A stretch of DNA of 64,000 nucleotides. It comes from Chrysomallon squamiferum. Lineage: Eukaryota > Animalia > Mollusca. The position numbers were made by a program, and so were the translations under genes. The stretch is from contig CM022672.1 in the NCBI GenBank assembly GCA_012295275.1, forward strand, positions 27,404,001 to 27,468,000, given 5' to 3'. Positions 1 to 11,700 of the stretch are shown here, piece after piece (position 1 is the stretch's first letter; every line of letters begins with the position of its first letter). The notes beneath the pieces are model-generated. The model was not told where the DNA came from and did no database searches. It worked only from the letters and a program-made list of their open reading frames with translations.

Positions 1-833
1 TTTTGAAGCTTCCCTGAGAAATTACATAACATATAAATGTTAATATAATTCACATAACCCTCCCTTCTCAAAGTTCACTTTGTCGTGTAAGCAATATCCT
101 TGAACGTTTTAAGTAAAGTATAGCCATTAATTTTGGATTGCGTTGCACTACTATGTTATGCGATGTAGTTGTTATTGTGTGCTCTAGAAAGGCATAAATA
201 TTCAGATACATTTTTCTCATATAGTAGCATTATAAAAAAAAATAATAATAATAAATATGAGAGAAAATATTGAATCCGTTTACATTTTATTACAAACATT
301 AATAATAATAAGTAATAAATACGAGACAGAGCTGGAGCAGGTCACTGGGTATGTAGTGATTAGTAAGCCTACATGTTTTAGGTCAGTGAGTAAGATAAGG
401 TCAACTATATATATGAAAAGTCACGTTATCTAACGAACGCGAAAAGTACCATGTATCCAGCACGAAGCAAAAACACGTAGACTATTTTTTATTATTATTA
501 TTATTTTTTAGCATGTAAAGCTGAATGACTGATACGATTTAGACGATATTACAGAATGTCTGGGCAAACCAAAAAGATCTGGAGAAAAAAACAGCGAAAC
601 GATGGAGGGATGAAACAGATGTAGTCTTCAAATACCTATTTACTGGAAAATGTATGTAAATGATTTTATATAGAAAGAACTTATATTATATTACCATTAC
701 AAATAATAATAACAATAATAATAATAATAATAATAACAACAACATAACTATGCTTAATATCGAAAACAAACAAGACTTTACGAAAGAAATAATTCATTTT
801 ATTCGTGAGCACCTGTCTACTGACCAACTTTCC

Positions 834-838
<5 letters not shown>

Positions 839-924
<86 letters not shown>
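839..924. repeat. (CT)n microsatellite
   Basis: Perfect TC dinucleotide run. Confidence 0.97.
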
Positions 925-931
<7 letters not shown>

Positions 932-1421
932 ATAACAATAATAATAATAATGAACCAGATAAAAAAAATGCACGTTTTGGAGAGCAAATAATTATTGATT
1001 GCTTCTCCAACTATATATCTGTGCAACGTACGTACAATGTCACAAAACTACGTAGAGCACAGTTAAAAGTGTCACCAATAATTTATCTTCATGCGGGCAA
1101 ACGTATTCGCAAGCATGTCAGAGTGTGCGCGTGCTGCTTTCATTACCCGCCTGAACTATTTATTGTCACTTCGACCATTGCCATTAATTTATTTGTTTCT
1201 CACACTTTAACAAACGAAAAATCTGAACAATCTGTTAAAACTAAACCATTTTCCTATTGTGTTCTTCCATGGGAAAAAGGTTGGCACGCACGCGACCGGA
1301 CGTCGTGCTCTGAGAGTTTGCGTGCGCCGCCAGCCGTGTTTTCACGTGCGCGAGAATCTCATAAATACTGATAAGTCAAGCTTGAAATAATAAATTATTG
1401 AAATTTTGTTACTTTTTCCTG

Positions 1422-1469
<48 letters not shown>

Positions 1470-2401
1470 GATTGATGGTGTTGTAGTGGTGATGCTGGTA
1501 GTGATCGTCGTTGACGTGGTGTTAATATTAATTATTTATTGTACGAAGATTTGTCATAACTATTTGTTCAAAAATAGCCTGAAGGATTCTTCACAGTATT
1601 ATAGGCGTATATTTGTGTGGTTCGCATTTGTTTAGACATTAAATACATTACTTAAACAAAACAAAACCAAATAAAATAAAAAGCTATTAAATAAGTTTGA
1701 TAAAATCAAAGTATGCCATAAAAAAAAATAAAAAAAATTATTATTAACAAAACAATTCCCAGTTATTGATGCATTATGACGTTTTTTAATCGGCACTGAA
1801 TTTAAAGGTATTAATATACATGTAATTCTCATGTTCCACTGAATCCATATTGGTTACACGTGTCAAAAACCATGACGGTGGGAAAAATACGATTCAGAAA
1901 TTATTTTCTGCTTCTACTTTTGTCAAACGTGCCCTGCGGGGATCATAGCAAGCCAGCCATCAAGACGTGTGACGCTTTTGTGCGCATGTCAAAAGGCGAG
2001 TGATTCTGCGTGAAATCTGGCAGTGGCGCGAGTTCTCACGGACAGAGTGGTGACTTTGTATCTTATGGTTGAGAACCGTTCACGTTGAAAACTTGCAGAC
2101 AATAAGGCAGCGAGCTGAAAAATGCACAGTTACTGTTTAACACTACCGTACTTCAATTAAATTACGTCCAAAACAAACACAGCCTGAGCTGAGCGCATTG
2201 GCGAAATTTCTGAAACAGCAAAACTTACGGAACAGTTCGGACAGTTTAACACTGACGACATAAGCTAATATTTTCAAATCAGCTGTGACATTCAGAAACA
2301 ATATCGTCGCTATTGTCATTGTATTCATATATTACTTCATTCATTAAACTTTCCTTTAAATAAATAAATTAATTAATAATTATTAAAAAAAAAAGAAGAT
2401 T

Positions 2402-2405
<4 letters not shown>

Positions 2406-2473
<68 letters not shown>
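2406..2473. repeat. (GA)n microsatellite
   Basis: Perfect GA run. Confidence 0.97.
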
Positions 2474-2477
<4 letters not shown>

Positions 2478-2762
2478 AAAATAGGTATACAAATCCAGCT
2501 CAAATAACTATTGCATGAAATACATATACAATCCCGTTGTTTAATGAATAATAATAAATTAATAAATTTGGGAGAAAGACAGAGACAGAGAGACAAAGAG
2601 GATTACAGAATAAAAGAGATGAAACGGAGAAAGAGATGAAAAGTGAAAACGAGAGAGAAGACCAGCAGAGAGGAATGTATAATAAACTGTTAGAAATGTT
2701 TCAGTGACAGCAAACAGATTCAGCTGACTGACCAGAATAAACTTTACGACGGCTTCCAGAGA

Positions 2763-2813
2763 TGACGTATTGCTAACGGGGGAATCCCTGCTGTGAGCGA
2801 GGCGGGATTTCCC
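2763..2813. promoter_or_regulatory. Paired NF-kB consensus sites with adjacent CRE and C/EBP-like sites
   Basis: GGGGAATCCC at 2779-2788 and GGGATTTCCC at 2804-2813 both fit GGGRNNYYCC. TGACGT lies at 2763-2768 and ATTGCTAA at 2769-2776. Confidence 0.5.
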
Positions 2814-4234
2814 ATCTGATTGTCTACAGAATGGACGAACACGCCTGCTGTTTGTCCTTTTCTGTCAAAAAAGGCCATTTTGCTTTCAAACAAGTAGTAA
2901 ATGTTTCACTGGTCAGTTTCTGATGGAACAAATTTGTTAATAATTAGGTCTCCGTATGACTGGAAAATACCGGGTGTCGAATCCAAGGACATATGGTCGG
3001 TCGACAATGACTACGTTGAGCATGTCATAATTAATCGATAACCTTGCCCAGCAGAGCGTGCTTTCGTTGAAATTCGGGGGTATATTATCCAATTTATTCT
3101 ATTATTATTATTATTATTATTAATATTATTATTATTATTTTCGCCAACTGGTCTTAGGGAGAGGACAAAGCAGAGCAGATAAAAAGGACAGAAATGGATT
3201 TGTAAAGGCCCATTTGATAAAGAATATCTTTAAAAACCAAATATGAATAATAACCACAATAAAACTAATAATGCTGTTATTAATCAAACCAAATATTTTG
3301 TGTATATGTGATCTGTCTGACGTAATGTGTGCTGTATTCATTTTCTCTCCGTGCGCGTCACAAATAAATCTACAATATGTAATACTTTATTTTTCAGTAT
3401 CTTATATTAAAAATTATGTTCTATTTGTTTAAATGTTAACGTATAGTAACAATTTATTATTATTAGTAGTAGTAGTAGTAGTAGAATATTAGAGCATTTT
3501 GCATCAGTAATTATTGTGTAAGAGCAATTAGCAGTAACAGTATTGTGATAGTCGTAGTGGTAGTATTAGTATGGTAGTATAATACTAACAGTATTAGTGG
3601 TGGTTGGAGCAGTATCGTCGTCTTCGTATTAGTAGTTGTTGTGGTAATAGTGGTAGTAATAGTGGTGGTAATTGTTGTTGCTTTTTAAGTTGTCCAGTTT
3701 TTATGTGTATGTTTCTAAACTGACTGACAGAATGGCTATCTGTTATTTTACACGTATTCAGTTCTATGACTGAAATCAACGGATAAAATCAGTATCAAAA
3801 TGTGAGTACACCAAAAGTCAACAGTCAAAATGACAACTGCTGACATGTTTAGCCGATCTGCTTATTAATATTTAATTCAACAACTGACAATAGATTTATT
3901 CTCAATAGCGTTTTATATTCAGTCCATGTCATTATTTTTCAGTTGATTTCATTTTGTCAGAAGCCCCATCAGTTTGTCTCACTATCATTGCTAATGCTAG
4001 TATTTTTCAAATTGTGATGGTTGAAGCAGCGGAGACGCTATTTTCATAACAATGAACTGAATAAAGAGTGAAAACATTGAAATAAAGACTTGGTACGTTT
4101 CTGTCTCTCAAATCAGGGAACACAGTAAAACGTTCGCGACTGCACAAGAGGTTTTATTCAATAGTCTGATAATCACAGGTTTAGGTAAATTATAACAGCC
4201 ATAATTATTAAATTTACAAATACTAATACTACAG

Positions 4235-4330
4235 CGTGACCTGCCCGCCTAAATTTCAATGACAGTTCCGCCCCTTGTGCCATAGTAACGAGACACCGAG
4301 GTCACGTGATAATGATAACAACCAATTCCC
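4235..4330. promoter_or_regulatory. Promoter-like motif cluster (GC box, X-box-like, E-box, CCAAT)
   Basis: CCGCCCC 4268-4274, GTGCCATAGTAAC 4277-4289, GTCACGTGA 4301-4309 and CCAAT 4322-4326 occur within about 60 bp in an AT-rich background. Confidence 0.45.
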
Positions 4331-5831
4331 ATGAGAACAAGCAGTTACCTGAAAGTTCGTTAACGTATCTTACTACCTTATTCTGTTTAAGTCATTTAGC
4401 CAAGTAATATTTTATGTTTTTGTATCTTCTTTGACAATGAGTTCGTGATTTTGTAATTTATTAAGTCTTATAAATTAAATTCTATAAAACTCTTTATAAA
4501 ATCAAGATGTAATTTGTATGTTCTAATATATTTGCGACACAAGCTGTGCAATTCCCAATGATGTTTTGACATTGTGTCTTCTTTTGAATTTCCTTTGAAT
4601 GTGTTGGTTCATCTAAGCTCGAGTTTTTTTAAACTATTTCTTTCTTTCTTTCTTTTTTGAAGAAGAAGAACAACAACAATAATAGCAATAGTGACATTAA
4701 TAATAATAAGTTTACATTTTGGGTGTTCTAAAACAAAATATCGTCAGTCAAAATGTCAACGACTAAAGTAATAGTAAAATGATGAACTGTCTATGTCATT
4801 CATATCTAAACATTTTAAATCTGGAATCATTTAAGATGATGATTCATTCATTAAAGCGTTTAAATTTAAACCGAGAGATTATAATGGGATATTGAACTGA
4901 CACCTGACAAATTTTATACTTTAATATCAAACCTCACCCAATTCATGCATTTGGGAAATTTGAAATGTTTATTCTAAAAGATTGCAGCTAGCATTTTAGT
5001 AACTATGAAAAATATTCATCTGTCATTTTGACACTGGAAATTAAATAAGGTGTCTAATGTTAATGAATGCTACTGTATGTTAAAAAAGGCTTCTTTTTTT
5101 GTTCACTAACGTAGTTATATTTTTTGTTACATTTTGACAGAGCTATTTCATCTATGTTTATAAAGTCTGCTAATAATGCGTGTTTTAAAAAAAAAATTAA
5201 TTTAAAGAAATAAAAGCAATACATTTTGTTAATTAAGATGTATTTCAATAAGCAAAGAAAACAAAATAATGTTGTTGTTCCGATTATATAAAAAAAAAAA
5301 ACGAAATGAAATAAAATCAAATAATTAATTAAAAGAAATAAAATAAAATAAAATAAAATAAAAGACAAGACAAGCAAAGAAAAATAGATTAAATTCAAAT
5401 GCATTGCTGGATGAGCTGTGAAAAATAAATCAAGGTTATTGTTCCTTATTTTTCATAGCCCATACCCATTTGTATTTGGGATTGTTTGAAATCTGTGATA
5501 GAGCCTGTCTCCCTCGTATCTTTCTTATCATGCCAAAAGTTTTCCCACACTGATATTCCCAGGCAGAATTTCCTATTCCTTTTTATCTTCTTCAACAATA
5601 ATTATCTCTTACCCAGAATCTGTGCACTGACACCGAGAAAAGAAAAAAAAAGTGATTGAAACATCACCTGATGCAATGAACCGTGAGAGTGATAGCGTTA
5701 CGTCATTGGCAAGTTCATAAAGGTGTAGCTGTTTTCTCAGCATCTTATTCACTCTTTTCAAAGACCTATTCAACTTTCACAGGACCTCTTTTGGTTTTGG
5801 CTTTAGTTAGATAACTAGAATCATCTTGCGA

Positions 5832-5833
<2 letters not shown>

Positions 5834-5912
<79 letters not shown>
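5834..5912. repeat. (GA)n microsatellite
   Basis: Perfect GA run. Confidence 0.97.
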
Positions 5913-5914
<2 letters not shown>

Positions 5915-7980
5915 CCAACGTTTCACTGTATATATCTCTCTCGTTCTCATTTTTAATTATTTATCAACAGTTGTTTTCATAATTTATGATGGATTTACTG
6001 ATGGAAAATTTACAGATCACCATTACATGTTTGGGTTCTCTTTCAGTAACTCGATAATCAATATAAATAGTTGCATTGTTACATGAAAGAACTGAACATA
6101 AAATAATATGTAACTGAAAAAGAAATCGGGACGTTTCGGTAAAAAATGACATCGTAACAAGAAGATGGTCGTTACCTTCTGCAGCCCATCTGCAAACCCG
6201 TAAATCAATGTTCTATCAGTAGTAAATAATTATCTTTCATGGAATGACTCGACAATGACAGCTTCCTATCAGCACCGATTTTTGGTTCCCACAGTTTTTG
6301 GTCAGATCGAAAACTACGCGAGATCCCACGAGATTATCTGTTACAGAGTTGAGTAATTAATCTCCCATGCCACTGTCCAGCAGGCGGAACGTTTCGCTAT
6401 GGTCAGTTTAGTCGTGAGAAACAAACAGCATCACACGCAAATTACTCAATTATTGCTTCACGCGTATTCGTGCACTGCATGCAGTGACAGCGGGAGCCAT
6501 CGTGTGATGGATTCGCGCACTTCGTTGTCTTGTTCATAGTGGAACAGCTTAGTGAAATTATTTAACACAAGCGATGTCACAAAAAAAAGCAAACCTAATT
6601 CAAAGGATGATAAAAATTCAAAAAGATGACTATTGTAACTGTAAATACTGAATTATAATCTGCTTTTTCTTTACATTTTCTTTTCTTTCTTTCTTATTTT
6701 ATAAATATATATTATTTTCATCATTATTTATGTATTTATTTATTTTCTTTTTAAAAAAAAAAAATATTTGTGGGGGAGAATTTTCATCTTTCTGTGTCAA
6801 ATGTGGAGAGGGAACCGACTGATAGCTAAGTAAACTCAGTAGGTATGTGTTTACTGACCAATGAAAACAGCTGATTTTCAAAAAGCAGTACTGTATACTT
6901 TCCTGACTATAGATTGTAGAAGAAACGTACAAAAGCTCCGTTGCTGCAAATAAATAAAAAAAAAAGCCCAAGGCACTACGACAGTATAATCAAAATACCA
7001 AAAACTGTTATTATGATGATTGTTAAGCATTTTGTTTCTTTTCACTGACGTCACGGTTTATGTGAATTATCCCAGTATGCAATACGTCACGGCCATTTTT
7101 TTTAACTATGTTAATAGCAAACGACGATGATAGTCAAAACATCATTTTCTCCGATAGATACATGTCACATTAATATTTAAGCAGTTAATACAACTAGCTA
7201 TGTATATAATAATTTTTAATGTCCGCAATTTGTGGTTTTTTAAAAAAAATAAAGTAATTTTACCAAATGTAACATTTATGCTTGGCTTGTAACGCTCTAT
7301 GGAAAACTGTGTCACTTAAGTGAAAAACACAGAAATAACCTATTGCTATTACTAAGAATTGTTTCTTTTATTTAATTCAAGTTGTTTTGGCTATTATGCA
7401 TATCAGCTACCATGGCCGTAACTTCATTGAGGAAAATGCCTCACACCGAAATTGACGTTTTGTTTTGTTTTTATACAAAGAATTTTATTTCAAAAATATA
7501 AAATAAAAATCTGTATTCCGATATAAACGATTCTGCATCTTTCAAGTCGGCGATTAGGTGTTTTTGCCTCATTTCAAAAAGAGTCTAGTTATGGCCATGG
7601 CTACCAATGAACAGGCACTCACATCTGAGGCGTGAAAAGTCATAATAGATTAATATAAATATCAGTGGTACGTCACACGTGACACAGCTATATCAAATTT
7701 GTTAGTGTCACAGAATAAAAATTGTTGAATTAAAAAGCGCTATGTAAGTAATTTTGTTCGCATTAAATATGCAATAATCACATTTTATAAAAAAAAAAAA
7801 AAAAAAATGGTCTTTTTATTTTAAGAAAAAAAAAATTAATTAAATTTATTCATGGCGGACATCTATGTCAATATTGTATTTTGCTCCAATCTGATAAAAA
7901 TAAAAATGATTAACGTAACCCAACTTTGTTTTGTTTGTTTGTTTGTTTATTTTTATTTTTTATTTATTTATTTATATATA

Positions 7981-8016
<36 letters not shown>

Positions 8017-8399
8017 ACAGGAAGCGATTGATACTTGTAATATTTTAATATTTTTATTATTTATTACTGTTTGTTACTATTATTAATACGAAGCAACTCT
8101 TACATGTGATTGTAAGCTTTTAAAAATATTTTATAACGTTTCAGTACAAATTTGAAAGGTGAAAAACCTGAAAGAAAGTACATTAAATAAAAGTAAGAAA
8201 GAATAATCAACAATAAAAATTAATAAATATAATAATTAAGCACACACACAGTGACACATAATATTCGTAACATCCTCATTATCAGTTTCAGTTAGTTATT
8301 CCTTTTCTAACACGAGTCTAATACCTGACTAGTTTCCAAAATTGTGATACGCTTCCTTTTTAATGTTCGTTACTGACCGGGATTCAGTCAAAGAGCATC

Positions 8400-8748
8400 A
8401 TGGCAGGTGTAAGTGCTTTCATACGTTTTTAAAGCTTTATTTAAATTTCTAACAGCAGTTTATTTGTTGTTTCACGACAGAATTAAATAAACCTCTGAAA
8501 TTCCATTTCTGGTTAAGAATACCAAACTCGTGAATTAATAATAATATAGTATAAATAAAATTATCCATACGTCCTAATCATACGATTACGATTACCGAGT
8601 TTACTCTTGACTGGTAAATCTAATACTACTACTTACTACTACTAATGTTATCTTGATTTAGCTGATTAAGTTGAGTATTTTACTACGACTGCTGCTGCAA
8701 TTACGGCATTACTACTGCTACTACAACAACTACTACTACTACCACCTC

Positions 8749-8799
<51 letters not shown>

Positions 8800-11700
8800 T
8801 AATAATGTGTTTAACCTTCATCAATCAGAAGTTCAGAAATGAAAATGAAAACAGAACATGAAATGATAAATAATTTCTATTGTTTGTTTCAGAAAAATAA
8901 AGTGAAAGCCAAATCACCTAAAACGAGCAAAATCAAACTAGCCAACAAAAAACAATACAAGTTTGGTAAGCAGGGTATTACTAAGAAATTAAAACTCAAG
9001 CAGAAAAAGAAACTAGCTAGGAAGCTTCGTGATGCACAGGCAGGGGACCACAGCCTTAGAAAACAACATCAAGATGGAGAAGCTAATGCACATCAAGAGG
9101 AGGAGGAGCTGCCTTTGGAGGATCAGGATGTTAAGTTTTACTCAACACCTCTTCGTGACACAAGCTTTACTCACAGTCTAAATACGAGGTTGGTTGAAGA
9201 AACAAATAAAATAAAACATACACTATATAATTTGTATGATGCAGTGACCAAAATTATTATTCATACAGTGGTTTGGGGTTGTTTTTTCCCTACATATCCT
9301 TTGATGATGAGATTAAAGTGCCTTACCATAGTACCCTTGATACTTGCTCATCAAGCATCATCTAAAGATGTTCTGTCAAAATAAATTTAAATAGATTATT
9401 TGGATAATCTTTGCATAAATAATATATTTAACTATGTATTAAAATTTGATATCATACAATACTAGTAAATATATCTTTTGTTCTGCTTATAGCTCTCTGA
9501 AAGAAGGTAAAGGAAATAAAAAGAAAAGAAAACAGGAAACAACAGATGATGAGGCACTGTATGAGAAAGTCCCAAGAATGCTTCCAGCCAATAAAAGAAT
9601 GAAAATGCTGCTGCCCATTAAAGACCAGAATCGAATTATACCACAGATGATTGAACAAGATGCTGGTTTGTATTGTTGTGTTCATGTGCATATTTGTATT
9701 TGTTGCATGCATGTGCATATTTGTATTTGTTGCGTGCATGTACGTATGTGTAACTGTTAATTCATACACCTTTTCCTTCTTTCTTCAATATTGTCATAAT
9801 ACCATCTCTCTAAAATAACCTAAGAGACAAAGAGAGAGCAGTCAAACTTACTTATATAGGTATCTTATCCATGAATAAATTGTTTGCAAAAGTTGCCACA
9901 TATGTTAATCTACTACATTATATATTTTTTAGCATATAGATGCAAGTTAAATCATGATGACATAGGAAAGAAGTTAAAATGAAACTGTAATCTTGTTTTC
10001 TTTATAGGTTTAGTTGTTATATTACTCTCATACTTAATTGTTATAAAAGATTAGACATCAGTTTAATATAAACAATAACTAAAAGTTTAGATAAAATATT
10101 CAGCCTATTTGATAGCATATTTTAAGAATTTTATTTATTATTTTTCACCCAGTACCAGAAGAAGAGGAGGAAGAAAATGAGACAAAAGAAAGTGATGCTG
10201 TACATGAAAATGGAGATGCTTCAGAGTCAGAGGAACCACTGCCAGCATTGTCAAACATAGAACTTTTTGTTTTGAGAAGAAGAAAACTGGCAGAGAAGAA
10301 ACAGAAGATTGCTGTTTGTGCTTTTGCTGTGATGGAAAATCCACAAGAAAATGTAAATATTTGAGTATTTTCTCTATAACATAATTTAAATCGGTATATT
10401 GGAATATATTTGATATAAGAAAATTATTAACCGGAGGAAGCCAGTTTTTTAATTTTATTATTGCAGAAATTAAGATTCTAATTCTTTCAAAATATTTTTC
10501 AACCTATTAAAGAATCTGAATGTTTTAAATTTTGCATTTGTGACACATCAGATTAAGATTCAGATAACTGAAAAAAATGTAAATTTTAAACTCTTGACGA
10601 ACTAGTTCTTGACTGAAATCTTTTTTTTCATTATGCTGTTTTTTGTTTTACTCCTGATTTTTCTCCTACACCAATTACAGTAACTGTTTAGTATTTTTAG
10701 TTTTTAATTTTTAAAAATAAAATTTATATTTAGGAAGTAATTTGTCTTGGAAACATATTTGTAATTGTAAACCATTGAAAGTATTTATTTTCTTTCTTGA
10801 TATATTAAGTATTTGGGCACAACATGCTTATCTGCCTGCAAACATAAATACACACTGGTAATTTTTTAACATAAAATTAAATACAAATGAATTTACTTTC
10901 TGGTGGGCATGATTTATTATTATTTTTCATTTCACAGATGAAGAAGCTACGTGAGCTATGTCTGATGTTGCATGAAGATGATCCTGGTATTTTTGTGACA
11001 GTTCGCTCATGGGCTATGGTGTCATTAGTTGATGTATTCAAAGATATCATTCCTTCATACAAGATACGTTTGCCAACAGACAAGGAAAAACAGCAGAAGG
11101 TGACAATACAATTTATATTTTCAATACAAGGAAAACAAAATAAAAATAAAAGAAGCTAAAACCTACATGATGTATTCAGTAGACATAATTTAATTCCATT
11201 TTGCAGTGTTACCATGTATAAAATAAATGTAGCATTAATTTTTTTACTTTCAAACTCTTTTAAATTTGTAGATGGCAGCAGAAACTAAAGCATTACAGCA
11301 ATTTGAAACAGCACTTTTACTAAATTACAAGAAATACTTGGAATATCTTGAATTTACGTCAAGAGGTTTGTCTTTGTTTTGTTTTTTTGTTGCATATATA
11401 TGTTGTGAGGACATTCTGCACCAACCATCCACTTCTGTAGACAACTGTTCAGATGACATTTTCTACTAGATTAGTTAACTTCTGTTTATTACTGAAATTA
11501 AATGAACATAAATTAACATTTAGCAACTAGTATTAGAGTTAACATTTGTTCAGTATTTTTAATATTTAAGTATTCAGAACAGATCTCTTATGCATTTTTT
11601 TTCCTTTCTATAAAATGCATTTGAGATCATTCCAGTACTGTATTGTTACTGCTGACTTTCCTAAGGGAGGTAACTCGGAGCATAGTTTGAATCCATAAAC

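Noticed and set aside
660-1371. ORFs with poly-N, SLSL and ERER runs (also 2369-2596, 5826-6086, 50563-50850)
   Set aside because: They are translations of (AAT)n and (GA/CT)n microsatellites.
9300-9380. C/D-box snoRNA candidate in NOC3L intron 2 (ATGATGA, terminal TTTGA/TCAAA stem)
   Set aside because: The D box reads CTGT rather than CTGA, and no rRNA-complementary guide was recognised. A snoscan/Infernal search would settle it.
8839-9384. 181-aa ORF as a stand-alone gene
   Set aside because: It is NOC3L exon 2 (8893-9188) read through into flanking introns.
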